The notes under the pieces were generated by a model, which ran no database searches, had not been told where the DNA came from, and worked only from the letters and a program-made list of their open reading frames with translations. A DNA stretch of 64,000 bases from contig NW_018407983.1 in assembly GCF_002113885.1 (NCBI RefSeq), positions 1-64,000 of the forward strand. Direction: 5' to 3'. The position numbers and the translations under genes are program-made. Positions 1 through 13,545 of this stretch are shown one piece after another (the first letter of the stretch is position 1; each line of letters starts with the position of its first letter). The DNA is from Mizuhopecten yessoensis. Taxonomy: Eukaryota.

Positions 1-492
1 TGTGCACAATACACTGATGCACTGGCTTTATCTAAGTAGCCCCATAGTTGATGAGGCTTGTCCCTGGCACGTTGAGATGATGTCACTTTGGCTTTAAAGG
101 CAACAAAGGGCGAGTCGTCAGATACTTGACTTGACTACAGGTAAACAGGTAAACATTACCGATACAAGCTTTTTAAATGATAATTAAACTGATTCATATG
201 CAAACAACACTTACTTGTATGCCTCTAATGACTTGTAGGCTTTCATCGAGTCTTTTGTGAAGATGGAAGGTGTGTCAATCAGATAAACATAAATATCGCC
301 GAAGGTCAAATCAGGCCAGGTGCTTGGGTTGGTGCTCCATTTGTCGGTCAAAACATAAGGATCTGGTAATGATTCTGTACCTAAACCATATAAAAGCTTA
401 GTCTGGTATCTCTGCTTAGCTTCTGGTGATAAGGAGTTGACATACGACGAGTATATTTGCTCAGGTGTGGTAAAAGATGTTTGGTCAGCCAT
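1..492 (-). mobile_element. 5' part of a SWIM-finger (YqaJ-associated) accessory ORF of an ISL2EU/Harbinger-like DNA transposon, running off the window start
   Basis: ORF 492-215 (LPDPY...WPDLTFGDIYVYLI...MKAYKSLEAY) ends at a GTAAGT donor (214). The downstream segment ~123-1 reads FKAKVTSSQRARDKPHQLWGYLDKASASVYCAH, the lead-in to a SWIM CxC motif. Family assigned from remembered motifs. Confidence 0.65.
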
Positions 493-678
493 AACGATGT
501 TTGGTCAGGCATTACGATTTTATTAATGGTTCTTGCCAACCAATTTCATGCGCATGACAAAAATTGCGTCACTTCCTGTTTAGTCGAAAATTCCTATAGA
601 CCCCCTGATGCAAATGTTGAGTACTGGACAAATTTAGATACAATTCTTGAAAATGCAACAAACACAACACTAGATATA

Positions 679-1262
679 NNNNNNNNNNNNNNNNNNNNNN
701 NNNNNNNNNNNNNNNNNNNNNNNNNNNNNNNNNNNNNNNNNNNNNNNNNNNNNNNNNNNNNNNNNNNNNNNNNNNNNNNNNNNNNNNNNNNNNNNNNNNN
801 NNNNNNNNNNNNNNNNNNNNNNNNNNNNNNNNNNNNNNNNNNNNNNNNNNNNNNNNNNNNNNNNNNNNNNNNNNNNNNNNNNNNNNNNNNNNNNNNNNNN
901 NNNNNNNNNNNNNNNNNNNNNNNNNNNNNNNNNNNNNNNNNNNNNNNNNNNNNNNNNNNNNNNNNNNNNNNNNNNNNNNNNNNNNNNNNNNNNNNNNNNN
1001 NNNNNNNNNNNNNNNNNNNNNNNNNNNNNNNNNNNNNNNNNNNNNNNNNNNNNNNNNNNNNNNNNNNNNNNNNNNNNNNNNNNNNNNNNNNNNNNNNNNN
1101 NNNNNNNNNNNNNNNNNNNNNNNNNNNNNNNNNNNNNNNNNNNNNNNNNNNNNNNNNNNNNNNNNNNNNNNNNNNNNNNNNNNNNNNNNNNNNNNNNNNN
1201 NNNNNNNNNNNNNNNNNNNNNNNNNNNNNNNNNNNNNNNNNNNNNNNNNNNNNNNNNNNNNN
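679..1262. other. Assembly gap (N run)
   Basis: Run of N. Confidence 1.
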
Positions 1263-1969
1263 AAATCTGATGTATGAAGATGCAGATTTTGGGAAAATGA
1301 ATATGTCTTTGAATGAAATAGACTGGCTAGCAATCTCACAAACAAACACTAAAGAATTTAATAATATACTTACTGAAGCTATTTCTGATCAAGTTGTTTA
1401 ATGTATACCTTCAAAATTGATAACTATCCGGCCAGATGACAAACCGTGGATGACCAATATAATAAGGCCGATATTAAGACAGAAAAATAGAATTCACAAA
1501 AAAGCAAAAAATATTTATAGTCAGACTTGTTGGGAAACCTTTAGACTAATAAGAAATGAAGCTATTGATATGATAAGAAATGCCAAGAAGTTTTATCTTG
1601 AAAATCTCCAAAAATCCTTATGTGATAAATCTGTACCACCTAGTAAGTGGTGGAAAGTTGCCAAATCTGTTTTAAACTTTAATAATAAACTGAAAAGTAT
1701 ACCACCAATATATGATGAAGGAATGAGCATTCAACACCCAACTGATAAAGCTGTGATTATACATTAATGATATAACAGACCAAGTTAATAATAATATTAA
1801 ATTATTTGCTGATGATACTTCCTTATACATAATTATTGATAATAATCCAATACAAGCAGCAGAAAGTCTAACAAATGATCTTCAGAATATAAGTACATGG
1901 GCAAAAAAAGTGGGACTTAAAATGTAATGCTGCAAAAACTGAATCTGTTATTTTTACTAGGAAAAAAGA

Positions 1970-2506
1970 NNNNNNNNNNNNNNNNNNNNNNNNNNNNNNN
2001 NNNNNNNNNNNNNNNNNNNNNNNNNNNNNNNNNNNNNNNNNNNNNNNNNNNNNNNNNNNNNNNNNNNNNNNNNNNNNNNNNNNNNNNNNNNNNNNNNNNN
2101 NNNNNNNNNNNNNNNNNNNNNNNNNNNNNNNNNNNNNNNNNNNNNNNNNNNNNNNNNNNNNNNNNNNNNNNNNNNNNNNNNNNNNNNNNNNNNNNNNNNN
2201 NNNNNNNNNNNNNNNNNNNNNNNNNNNNNNNNNNNNNNNNNNNNNNNNNNNNNNNNNNNNNNNNNNNNNNNNNNNNNNNNNNNNNNNNNNNNNNNNNNNN
2301 NNNNNNNNNNNNNNNNNNNNNNNNNNNNNNNNNNNNNNNNNNNNNNNNNNNNNNNNNNNNNNNNNNNNNNNNNNNNNNNNNNNNNNNNNNNNNNNNNNNN
2401 NNNNNNNNNNNNNNNNNNNNNNNNNNNNNNNNNNNNNNNNNNNNNNNNNNNNNNNNNNNNNNNNNNNNNNNNNNNNNNNNNNNNNNNNNNNNNNNNNNNN
2501 NNNNNN
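1970..2506. other. Assembly gap (N run)
   Basis: Run of N. Confidence 1.
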
Positions 2507-3219
2507 TTGATGATATAAATGCTTCTATACTTGAAAAGGTGTCAGTCTTTATCACTGATACAAAAAGATTCCTTAACCACCATTAGTTGTTTCTGTACTG
2601 TGAATAATAAAATTCATCTTGCTTACAAGTCTTTCTAAAAAAAAAAAAAATAGAAAAAAAAAATTAATATAATTCTTACTTTATAAATTGATAAAATAAA
2701 TTGATGAATGTAGGTGGTTGGATGATGATGAAAAAATGATGACTTCTGCTGAAAATAATTAACTATATACAAAATATGTACATTGTATTATCTCCTAGTG
2801 TTGCATGGCAAGGATCAAAGGTCTGCTGGGGTGAATGACCAAAGCCAGTGTATGGCTAAGGACTTTGTATGGTCAGAATCCCTAGTAGCTTATGGATCTC
2901 TTGCTGCCCATCACTGGGGGATCCTTTGTCTAAATAAATGAGGCATATATATATTTATTTAACTAAAACTTCTATGGGAGTTACTCCCCTTGCATCACTA
3001 TTTCTGTAACTATTTCATGTACCATTTCTTTCTATTTCTTTCTATATATAGTTTATATTTGTTTGTAATTCTGGCTAGGAGAGGACTTATATAGGCATAG
3101 CCTGTTGTCCAATCCTTTTGATTTTTCAATAAAATTTACTGAAATGAAAAAAATTAAATGATACTCTTCTATTCAATAGGAGAGTATCGCATTGAACACC
3201 ATTGGCTCGCGAAGTTGAC

Positions 3220-3298
3220 TTAACCCATTCACACCTTAAAATTCATAATGAACTATTCCGACCTTCGAATCGGAAGAGTTCAAATGTGTTTTCAGGGG
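3220..3298. mobile_element. Truncated TTAA-type MITE (same family as 23741-23830) joined to the lipoxygenase 5' region
   Basis: Matches the reverse complement of 23741-23830 but lacks the last ~12 nt of the second TIR. Confidence 0.7.
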
Positions 3299-3463
3299 CC
3301 ACAGAATGCGTCTTAGACTGTTTGATCTAGATCTAAAACTAAATGTAGACACAGTTGCTAACCTCTGTCATAACTTAACATATCGTTAACTTACATCAAT
3401 TAAATCAAAACATCATTATTTGTTTAGTTCGGACAATGATAAATGTCTATATCTTAGCAGAGA

Positions 3464-6400
3464 ATGGCAACTACACCAAATCGGGCATCAGGGAACGAAG
3501 CTCCGGATGGTCCAACAGCTAAAGGTAATTCAGAAATTAGATAACAATACATTACATTTACATTCTGCTTTGACCAATTGACGAAAATGACATTCATTTT
3601 TCCATAACACATGTGACCTCATCACTGCGTAGTTTTGTTATGCGGATATGATTAACATTAAAAGTGATTGGTTTGATTTAAAAGCTAGAATAAGATGTGT
3701 AAAGTACTTGATAATGATAAAATATATGACTTGCATGAATTATACGAATTAAATTTTTGAAAATGGAACTATTTTTTTATTTTGTTTTGTTGCCATGCTG
3801 TTGCTAGGACCCTGAGCGAAAGTTTTACATTTTCCCGCGAAACACGCTGTTCTCTCTGCTGCGTTGCCCCCATGCATAAATAGAAAAAAAAATGACTGAT
3901 TTTTATTTTATTTATGATTGCATCGGAAAATTTAAAGCACTTCAAAAGTGTAAATATAGGTCAGAACAACTTAAACGTAATATTCGTCATTTATCCCAAA
4001 AGTTGATTCATAACAGTTCATTTATCGCTTTCAAATATGATTATATTATTACTATTTAATGGAGACTGACAGGATTGGGACTTGTTATCATGACTATTAC
4101 TATAATTGATTTCCTCAACAAATATGTTATACTAAAAATTATTTAATTCCCTTCAAATGTTAGTGTATTATTTTTTGTATTATATTAATTGACCAAACAA
4201 CAATTAAATTGAAGAATAAAACTATTATAGATAATCTCCAGTCTGCGAAGGACGAGTATCAGTTGGTGGAATCCGTCCGAGGCCTTCCCTCTAGAGCAAG
4301 TATTTTACGCACTCGTTAGTTTATTATGTATATTCAATATTATGTATGCTTAGCAGGTCGACACTTTGTAATTTTAATTATTGTATCAAGATAAGAGGAA
4401 TATCACTGATGTCGACATGGTGGTTTTAAGGAGATTGTTTTTTTTTATTATATCACAATAACGACTATGTGGAGATCGGGCATGTTTCATCTTGAAAATA
4501 AATGTACCATGTTAACTGAATAGTATTAACGTATTTTCTTTTTACAGGTGAAAACACTGCCAAGACAAGAGAGGTTTAACTGTTTCGAGAAGGTTAATAT
4601 TTCATTCATTTTTATATTAAATTACATATACACGTATACAGACCAGCTAACTACTGTGAGTAGTTTCGGAAACTAGTAATATATAAACATACATGCACTT
4701 ATTGAGTGTAACTTTGTATACATATCCAATATACTAAAATATTATTCAAATACAAATGCAGTTAAAACAAGATTCGAACAATCAATCTTAAAATGTGTAC
4801 AGAATTAGTTTAAAGATTTTCCGTGCGTAGAGTTGTTGTTTTCAACGAAGCAGTGATCAAGAAAACGAAAATTTGAAATTTATTTTTCATGAATCCATTT
4901 CATGAAACAGAAACTTTATAAAATTTGGCATTTGTCCCTACTGTTTCTGCATTTATATCCTAAAGCAGCGATGTTTTTTTTCTTCTCAGCTTCGCGCCGG
5001 GGTTCTTCTTATTGTGTTGGGTATTGTCTACCTCATCGATAGATTTCTCACTCGGAGATGGGATAAATTGTCAGACCTTTTGAATGCGTATAGATGGATA
5101 GTTCCCAAACCTCCAACGGTAAGTACAGGCGGAGTTCATGTTTAATCATTTGCCGACAATCAAACAAATGTGACCATATTTCATCTCAGTCATTACAAAA
5201 TAGTTGTTGGTCTTAAATAATTAACTCAAAAGGATGAGTTACACAACCAATAACAACCTCGGTTGATTTTCAGTTGTCCAACGCTCGGCAGAACCTAACA
5301 AACACAGCTAAAAACCTCATCCCTCAAGTTTGAGATTTCTCTGTCCAATCAACTCTCTTTTGTATTAATTAACTATTATCTTCGGAATGAAACATTGATT
5401 TTTTTCAGCCTGAAATTTGGAGAGATGATGCGTTCTTTGGAAGGCAACGTTTAGTTGGTGTTAACCCGTTCGTCATCCGACTCTGTACAGCAATACCAGG
5501 GTAAATAATAGAACAATGATAACAAAGGAATTTAATTCACTTTAGAGCAACCTCAGAATAATATCAAAAACCTAGCAGATGGATACCTAATACCATCTTA
5601 CTACATCTACTATCATGGATAACATCTTATTACAAGTACTACCAAAGATAACATCTTTTTACAGCTACTACCATACCATCTTACTATATCTACTGCCAAA
5701 GATAACATCATACTATAACTACTAGCATAGATACCATCTTATTACAGCTACTACCAAAGATACCATCTTACTACAGCTATTACTATGGTTCCATCTTACT
5801 GCAGCTACTATCATAGATAACATCTTATTACAGCTATTACCATACCATCTTACTACAGCTACTATCATAGATGACATCTTACTACAGCTACTTCCAAAAA
5901 TAACATCTTACTACAGCTACTATCATAGATAACATCTTACTACAGCTACTACCATAGATAACATATTACTATAGCTACTATCATAGATACCATCTTACTA
6001 CAGCTACTACCTTAGATACCATCTTTCTGCTGTAACTGTAGTAAGATGGTACCTGATGTATTAGCTGAAATAAAATGGCATCTAAGATAGTACTTGTAGT
6101 TAGGCGGTATCTTAGGTAGTAGCTGTAATAAGTTTGTCTCTGAGGAAGTAGCTGTGTATTATGGGTTTTGTAACTGTAGCTGTAGGTTAATTAATGTACA
6201 GCTACAGTCTGTTGTCACGTCGCTAAATTAATTCCATTATAATTTTTTAAAATGATATTTAACCTTACATGTATTTCCTATTTTGCTGTTGTTGGTTTTT
6301 TATCATACTTTCACATTATGTAATGATTATAACCTTACCGTTAGACATTTGTTTTCAGAAACATGAAAGAAAACGTTAATAAACGAAGGGAATTCCTACA

Positions 6401-9400
6401 GAAGGTTTTACAACAGAAATCTGGGAAGACTGATTTCACCTTGGATACAGCCATCCAAGAAAATAGACTGTTCATTGTGGATTACGACATTCTAGACGGG
6501 ATGAAGGATACATTTGGAGTAAATAGTCTCGTCAAGATAATTTTACACGTTTTCACCTGAAAATTAGCATTGAAAAAACATATTTGTTTCTTGTAGTGCA
6601 AAATAAAATACATAAAATAAGATAGATATGTATTCTCAATATGAAATATAGTAATACAGGATTAATGACAATGTAATGCTTGACTGTTTTATTTTCATTC
6701 AGCTATGTTCTCCAATTGCATTGTTCCTGGTGGATGCTGAAAATGAATTAATGCCCATCGCCATACAGTTGTACCAAACGGGAGAAAATAACCCGGTAAG
6801 TTTTCCAAAGAAATCTTAATGGATCATTGACTTTGCTTATGGCAATATATATATCATTACTTAGCTGAGCCAACGCTCGAAACGCTTTACAATACCTATA
6901 ATGAGTAAAACCATATCGTTAAGTATGATGTCAATATTCAGTGTAAACTTATCTACAATCCATCAAAACAGCACAACATAACATAAAATATTGATTGACA
7001 AAAATCTTTTATGCAAACACACAAACTACGTAAACATAAGACAATACAACGTATATACAACGTCAAGTTAATACTAACGACGTAAACATGAATCAGCACT
7101 TACATTTATTTAAAAATCGACGTTGTTACAAAATCATTTTTTTTCCTGATTTATGTGATCACTCTGCATTATTTTTCAGATGTTTCTGCCCGAAGATCCA
7201 AGCTGGTTGATGGCAAAACTGTGGTTTAATCATGCAGACAGCTCCTACCAGGATTCGTTCTCTCACCTTGGTAAGCAATATACATAAACAGCTTTATTAA
7301 ATCGATGGCATTTACCATGTTTTTACAATATAGTATAAAGGCAGTTACAGTTATTTGTTTTACTTTGCATTCGATAAATTAAAGTCACTGTGTTAAATGT
7401 ATATAAAGTGATCGGTATATATATCTGACTTTCTATTTATCAAGATTACATTTTGCAGGTGTCACCCATCTACTGATGGAGAGTGTTGATGTAGTGACAC
7501 ATCGGAACTTAACAACGACACATCCTGTCTACGAAATCTTGGCTCCACATTTTCTTTATCTACTGGCTATTAACACGTAAATGAATACTTTTACGTAAAA
7601 GCATTCTAAAACCAGTATTCCGTCTTTTCATATTGCAGAGTTATCTGCTCTTGTGAGCAGGTATTGATTGTTACGTCATTAGTTTGTGCGAGAAAATTAC
7701 GTCGTTTTCTCAAAAATTGGTGACGTTACTCTCACAAACAAATGACGTAACAATCAATACCTGCTCACAAGAGCAGATAACTCAGCAATACGAAAAGACG
7801 TGATATTTCACAAAGCAACTTGTAATAAACGAATCACATATTATATTTTGACAACAAACATTTGGCCTCCATTTAATCAGAGGTCAGTAGTTTGTCTATG
7901 ATAAAAACTGCAGGGGATAGCAATACAAATGATTTAAAGCTGTCAACTAGTGATAATCTGTTCAGCATTGACGAAGTGATATTGTGCACAACTGTGATTG
8001 TGTGATATTGGCTATAGTTTTGGTTTAGAAAAGTTGTTTACATGATTATTTAGTAACATTGTTGACATGATTGTTTTAGTAATTTTGTGTACAACTTATA
8101 TATAGTCATATAATGTGCAAGTTAAATTGTATTAGTAATATTATAAATTGTGTGCTGCTTTGATTGTGTTATAGTGTGGACAGTTATTATTAAAAATATT
8201 GTGTATACCTTTGATTTACTAATACGGCGTTTAAATACTAAGCGTTAATTTCCTGAAAAGGTGTTTTGAAAATATACACTGTGACAGATACGTTCAGTCT
8301 AATATGCATTGTTATGTCTATTGTGGCCAGCACGCATGTGTGCAATTTACATTTCCAAGATATGTTAGGCATTTTATATAGTGACAGAAAACCAGACGAT
8401 TTGTAACAATAAATATTTCAAATTATTGCGTTTGTTATATAGAACAATTTAATTCCAAATTGTTTAACTGTAAAAGGAATTTCATTCTTAGGAAGGCAAG
8501 AGATTACCTGATCAATAAAAATGGAATCGTAGACGAGACTAGGTCGATCGGCAGAGAAGGAACGTTCGAGATCATCCGAAGACAGTAAAATCTTTTACCA
8601 TCGTTTAACAATATAAATCAGACAGTATTTATTCTGTAAATGATCAACTTACTTAATTGGGCATTTAAGCAGAAATTATCATAACAAATATTTATGAGGG
8701 TTTCATTAAAATCTTACATTCAATTTGGAATAATCACCAGTTTTGATGATATTAAACTATTTATATATTCTTTTTTCGAGTTTTTCAAGTTTTCGAGGGA
8801 AACACCATGAAAAAAACCTTTATTTATATAATTCCTTTTACATCAGATTGTTGAAATGGAGGATGGATGAAGATGGGACATTGCCACGGGATCTTGAGAT
8901 AAGAGGGGTATGATTATATATATATATCATTTCACGTGCTTCAAACACAATATTGATTTAATGTACTTGGGCTATTTACCGAGTATCTAACGTTACCACA
9001 AATAGTGAACATTATTTTATTCCTTGATAAATACATTGATGAACCCATTTGTGCACAAGTAACAACATAGTAGTCTTTCTTTGAGTTAAAAAGCTGCAAG
9101 AAGGTTAGCAAAATCTATGTTTGAACAACAACAAAAACTGCAGTTATCGGTGTTGATTTTTTCTATCATAAATTTCAAAAATATAAAAGCATGCAAAATC
9201 ACGTTGTAAAGAAAGGCATTGTCTTTAAACATATTATATGTGACAACTAGTTATTAAATGTACAGGAAAAATGAGCCTTTGAAGAAATCTGCTTGTGCAA
9301 AATCATACAAAAGAATGAAATTGAAGTAAGAATGTTTTAAGTCAAGTCATAGTTTCACTTTTCCCTCTCAACATTCAAGTATCCAATTACTTCCTTCAAA

Positions 9401-12400
9401 TGTATTATACCTTATCGTAATCCCTGTAATTTTAATTTAGAAATAGCATATAGCAGTAATCTATTCAAGGGGGAATAAATAGAACAAAAAACATATAGCT
9501 TACAAAATGTATGAAAGTCAAATACTTTATTCGAATAGTTATTTGATTGCTGAAATATGTAAACAGTGCGGTCAATTTTCATGACATAGGCGAAGATTAC
9601 AAACCATGTTAGCTTAAACATCCAATAATTTGAACTTTGCTCATGGTCCGTTAAGTTGGACTAATGCTAAATGATGAGCTAAACGGTTTTATAAAAAAAG
9701 ATACGTGTACATCGCTTTTCCTTTGATTTGGGTTATGCTGACATGTGCGTGTGTTTTAGGTGGAAGGGGAAGGTACTCTACCTGGCTACTATTACCGCGA
9801 TGACGCACTTCTCGTCTATGACGCTATACAGAAGTATGTCCATACATATATCCACGTTTATTATGATGGTAAGTACAAAACTTAATTATATAATTTCAAA
9901 AAATGCCGGACATATCATTTTAGGATTAATGTCAATAACTTATAGTTCAAAATATATGTTTCGCGCTGATGACCTTTTGAGTATGCAATTAAACTATATG
10001 AGTGTTGCTCGTTATTTACGAATTCAAATAATCAAACGATCATCTTTTTACGCATTGAGGTGAAAATGTGTTTTCCTAAAAGAAAAATGGATATTTAATG
10101 TGTCGATGTCTTCAAAATTGACACCAATTTACTTTAAAACCTTCTTCCTCGGTCCCTAATTATCGCGTGTTTTATAAAATGTTCATAGTCAGGAAATATG
10201 TTTTATTGGTATTTCATGTCTCGTTGTATTATCAAAATATGACATAATTAGGACAGATTAATTTGCTATTTATTTTGTGGGTAATTTTTTTCGCGAAATA
10301 TTCTTAACGCAAAAACCATGAAAATTATATCTACGCGAAAACAATTACAGTGATTAAGCTGCCATCATGTTTAAGGCACTTTAGTCTACAAATAATCAGA
10401 TTGATTCAGAGTTAACACTAAGCAAATGCACTTTATCTTTGATGGAGCGATATCAGACAAATGGCTTTTAATTTAACCATAATCTAATAATTTAGCAACA
10501 CCAGAATCTGAGAATGTTATTTATGCATGTATTGTATGTAAGTTGTCTTCGGTAGACTAGGTATTCACTTATACAAGATAGTTAACGTTTCGTTATGTGA
10601 ATCGCTTTTGAAAAAATGTTTGTTTTATGCCACAGATAAAAATATACGTTTTTGATATAAAATTTCAATCCGTTACATGTAGATGACGGTTATAATGGCA
10701 AACACCAAGTAAGTAATGATGCACAAATACAAGCCTGGGTAGCGGCACTGATTGCTAAAAGAGAACCTGTCAACGGTGGCTGTGAAATCAAGGTAAGTTT
10801 TTTCATCATAGTCCGATAAAAGGCCATTGCTTTCTTTAATTCTATGTATTATTTAATTTTTTAAATTATAAATTATTAAATATTTCGAATGACTCATTTG
10901 TTTAAAGTTATATATATGTATGAAATATGCATTCTTTAGATGCAATAACAATTTAATTCTTGCAGGGCATTCCATTAGATAAGAATGGTTCGACTATATC
11001 TACCTGTGATCAGCTGGTACAAATACTGACCAGCACCATATACATGTGCAGTGTGGGTCACGCCGTCACCAATTTCCCACAGTACGAACAGTACGGCTTC
11101 CAGCCAGCCTACCCCGCGGGCATGAGAGGGTCACCACCTCAAGATCCGGTACGGCTTAATATCCATATAGAGATTCAATTTATCACCTCAAAATTTTTGC
11201 CACAAATACATTTGACCATTTTTCTACCAAAAGAGAACTTAACATAGTAATGGCTGCTGTTCAATCCTATTCGTGTACCCGCCATCTGATCTTCCGCCAG
11301 TGTTGAATGCTCCAATGCACATTTACTTAACGGTCATGCATACTATTCTCTATTCAATTTTCTAATAGTATTACCAACACAGATACATAAATGTATTTCA
11401 CAGCTGCAATTGGAACCGACTTTTTTTTACTTTAACAACAAATCACGATACAATGCATACCAAAGTATTACGTTTATATAGATAAATCTTTGTACTCCTA
11501 TTGTATCAAATACATGCTTCAGATTGGAATAGAATTCTGAAGCATGTGTTTTGTTTTTTAAACATATTATCTTTATTTTAAACAAAGAACATCATGGTAA
11601 CTGAGACAGCCATCATCAAAGCGATTCCGCCCAAAATCACTTGCCTGTTGGAAATGGTCGTTATGAAGTTTCTGAGCACAAGGAACACCCGCTGCTTGGG
11701 AAATTTCATCACGAGAGATAGTATACCGCTTAAGGCAGACGATGCGGTGAAGCAGTGAGTATTTGTTTTTATACGCCCAAATTTTAGTTTCCGCAAAATA
11801 ACTTGCTTAAACATAGTTGGTTATTGATGAAACTAGGCATAAATATACATTATACGAAGAGTGAGGCTAAGTTCGAACTTGATCTAAATTCGCGCATAAC
11901 GAATTAGCATACTGTGCTTTGATTGGTCATTCTTAAATTAAGAATTATATTGTACATTATACAAAGTCTGGAGCTAAGTTCTGAGTTGAACAGATTACTA
12001 TACAATAGAAATATCTTTGGTTTTAAGGGTGCAGTATAAATCGATTATTGGCAAAAAGTGACATTTCGTGGTTTGAAATATGTACAAGGGACAGTTGCAA
12101 CGCTGTTTTTAAAATGCCATACTATGAAATATAGTATTTCTTCAGGGTAAGTTAGTCAAGAACAAAATGTTTTCTCCTCTTTCACCACATTCCAGGAATA
12201 GCTCTCAACTTAATGCAGAACCAATGTTGTTTCTTCTCCGTTCATTCCCGTTTTTTAGCATAATGCATCAAATGGATTTTAAGTATGTCAGATTGGTTTG
12301 GAACGGGCGAATATCATCCTGCCCTGTGGTACTCTTGTTAGATGTGTTGACAGTTGATATGTATTCTAGTCAGTATAATATAAAACGTGCAGTATGGACC

Positions 12401-13379
12401 ACGTGATAACGAACTTTCCAGACTAAGACAGCATGCTGAAGCTCGTCTATCCTTACTTCGAAATCCAAGGGTCTCGTTCTATCCTCTATCTTCTGGAATA
12501 TGTCATGCCAAATTCGATTAGTCATTTAATTGGTTCGAAACATGAAAAATCGACAGGTTGCTAGACTGACTCCTGTCTGCTAAAGATAACAAAGGAGTTA
12601 CTCACTAATCAAAGTTATGTTCATTTACCGTTATGCTGCTAGGCGATTTGTTTTGTCGTGTATCAAATATATCACAGTTATGCAAGATGTAACAGTTTTC
12701 AGACTAGTCAACTCGTGTAATTCGCAAGGGACCACTTACAGAACCTTCAATCGCGACATATAACAGGGATGTAAAGAATAGATGAAGAGAGGGAATCATG
12801 GATTTAGAAGATGATATATTTGGTGTTGCATAGGATTACTTTGTATAATGGTATTAGCTTCTGAGTAAAGCTTGGTGGTCAATTTCAACTATCAATCCCA
12901 TGGTGAACACTCAATCTCAAAAAGCCAAAAGTTCTTAATGTCAAATTTGTAGCAAAAGGTTTCATATCGTAGAACAAAATCTGAGATATAACGTTGTTAT
13001 GGATGTAGAGTGTGATTAATTTAATTATATTTGGAGAACTGTTCGCGGAACGAAATGATATTTTAAACAACATAAGGAAAATAACTTCATTAACTTGCGT
13101 TTTTGAACTATTTTAACGTTACTGAAGTGATTTTCGTAAATCACATTTACGATTTGACAATTACCAATATTGATAAAACGGTTCTTCTTTTTCGATAGAT
13201 AACATCTCCCTGAAAAACATTGTTTTATAATATGAGAAAATAATTTCAATATTTTTTATTTTAGGTTTAGGAAAGATTTGAAAAAAGCTGCTGTAAGAAT
13301 TGAGGAAAGAAATAGCACAAGAACTCATCCTTACCCTTGGGCAAGCCCCGACAACATTCCGAATTCTATCAGCATCTAG
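3464..13379 (+). CDS. Lipoxygenase (animal-type polyunsaturated fatty acid LOX, catalytic domain only), ~563 aa. Coding exons: 3464-3524, 4231-4295, 4548-4592, 4990-5118, 5409-5500, 6359-6518, 6703-6795, 7180-7270, 7459-7576, 8492-8584, 8847-8907, 9760-9868, 10683-10792, 10966-11148, 11588-11754, 13265-13379
   Basis: Phase-consistent splicing gives an open 1692-nt CDS. LOX motifs: [33 protein letters not shown], iron-ligand helix [45 protein letters not shown] (His/Asn ligands) and the C-terminal ligand IPNSISI*. Confidence 0.93.
5575..6185. repeat. ~29-bp minisatellite (ATACCATCTTACTACAGCTACTACCATAG) in LOX intron 5 that flips orientation at ~6030
   Basis: Tandem units 5575-6030, then degenerate reverse-complement units (GTAGTAAGATGGTA...TAGCTGTA). 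Confidence 0.85.
7620..7800. mobile_element. Palindromic MITE in LOX intron 9
   Basis: Near-perfect ~75-bp inverted arms: CGTCTTTTC..GAGTTATCTGCTCTTGTGAGCAGGTATTGATTGTTACGTCATT / AATGACGTAACAATCAATACCTGCTCACAAGAGCAGATAACTC..GAAAAGACG. Confidence 0.85.
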
Positions 13380-13539
13380 CTTCAACATCACCCCAAATTT
13401 CCTGGGCACCTACCACGACTACTGACGACGCTTTGTCGTGACTAAGCAGAAGTTTGTGTTGACAAATATAAAAGATATTAAATATAAATGAACTGTCACG
13501 ATCTAACGTAAATTTTGTAATTTTCAGTAGTATAACGAG

Positions 13540-13545
13540 AATAAA
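13540..13545 (+). terminator. Likely polyadenylation signal of the lipoxygenase
   Basis: AATAAA about 160 nt after the stop codon, followed by T/GT-rich sequence. Confidence 0.55.

Larger units (their letters stand above)
585..3155 (+). mobile_element. Decayed CR1/L2-group LINE ORF2 plus 3' UTR, internally deleted and interrupted by two N gaps
   Basis: YRPP (APE endonuclease) at ~595; DKPWMT linker in 1417-1767; IYINDI...KLFADDTSLY (RT) at ~1757-1830; C-terminal VFITDTKRF at ~2545-2572; AATAAA and A-rich tail at ~3128-3153. Confidence 0.8.

Noticed and set aside
457-2586. Long ORFs of 212-314 aa
   Set aside because: They are open only because they run through N gaps.
12170-12520. Coding-like stretch on the minus strand in the last LOX intron
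   Set aside because: Stops in all frames; at best a very old retroelement fragment that cannot be assigned.
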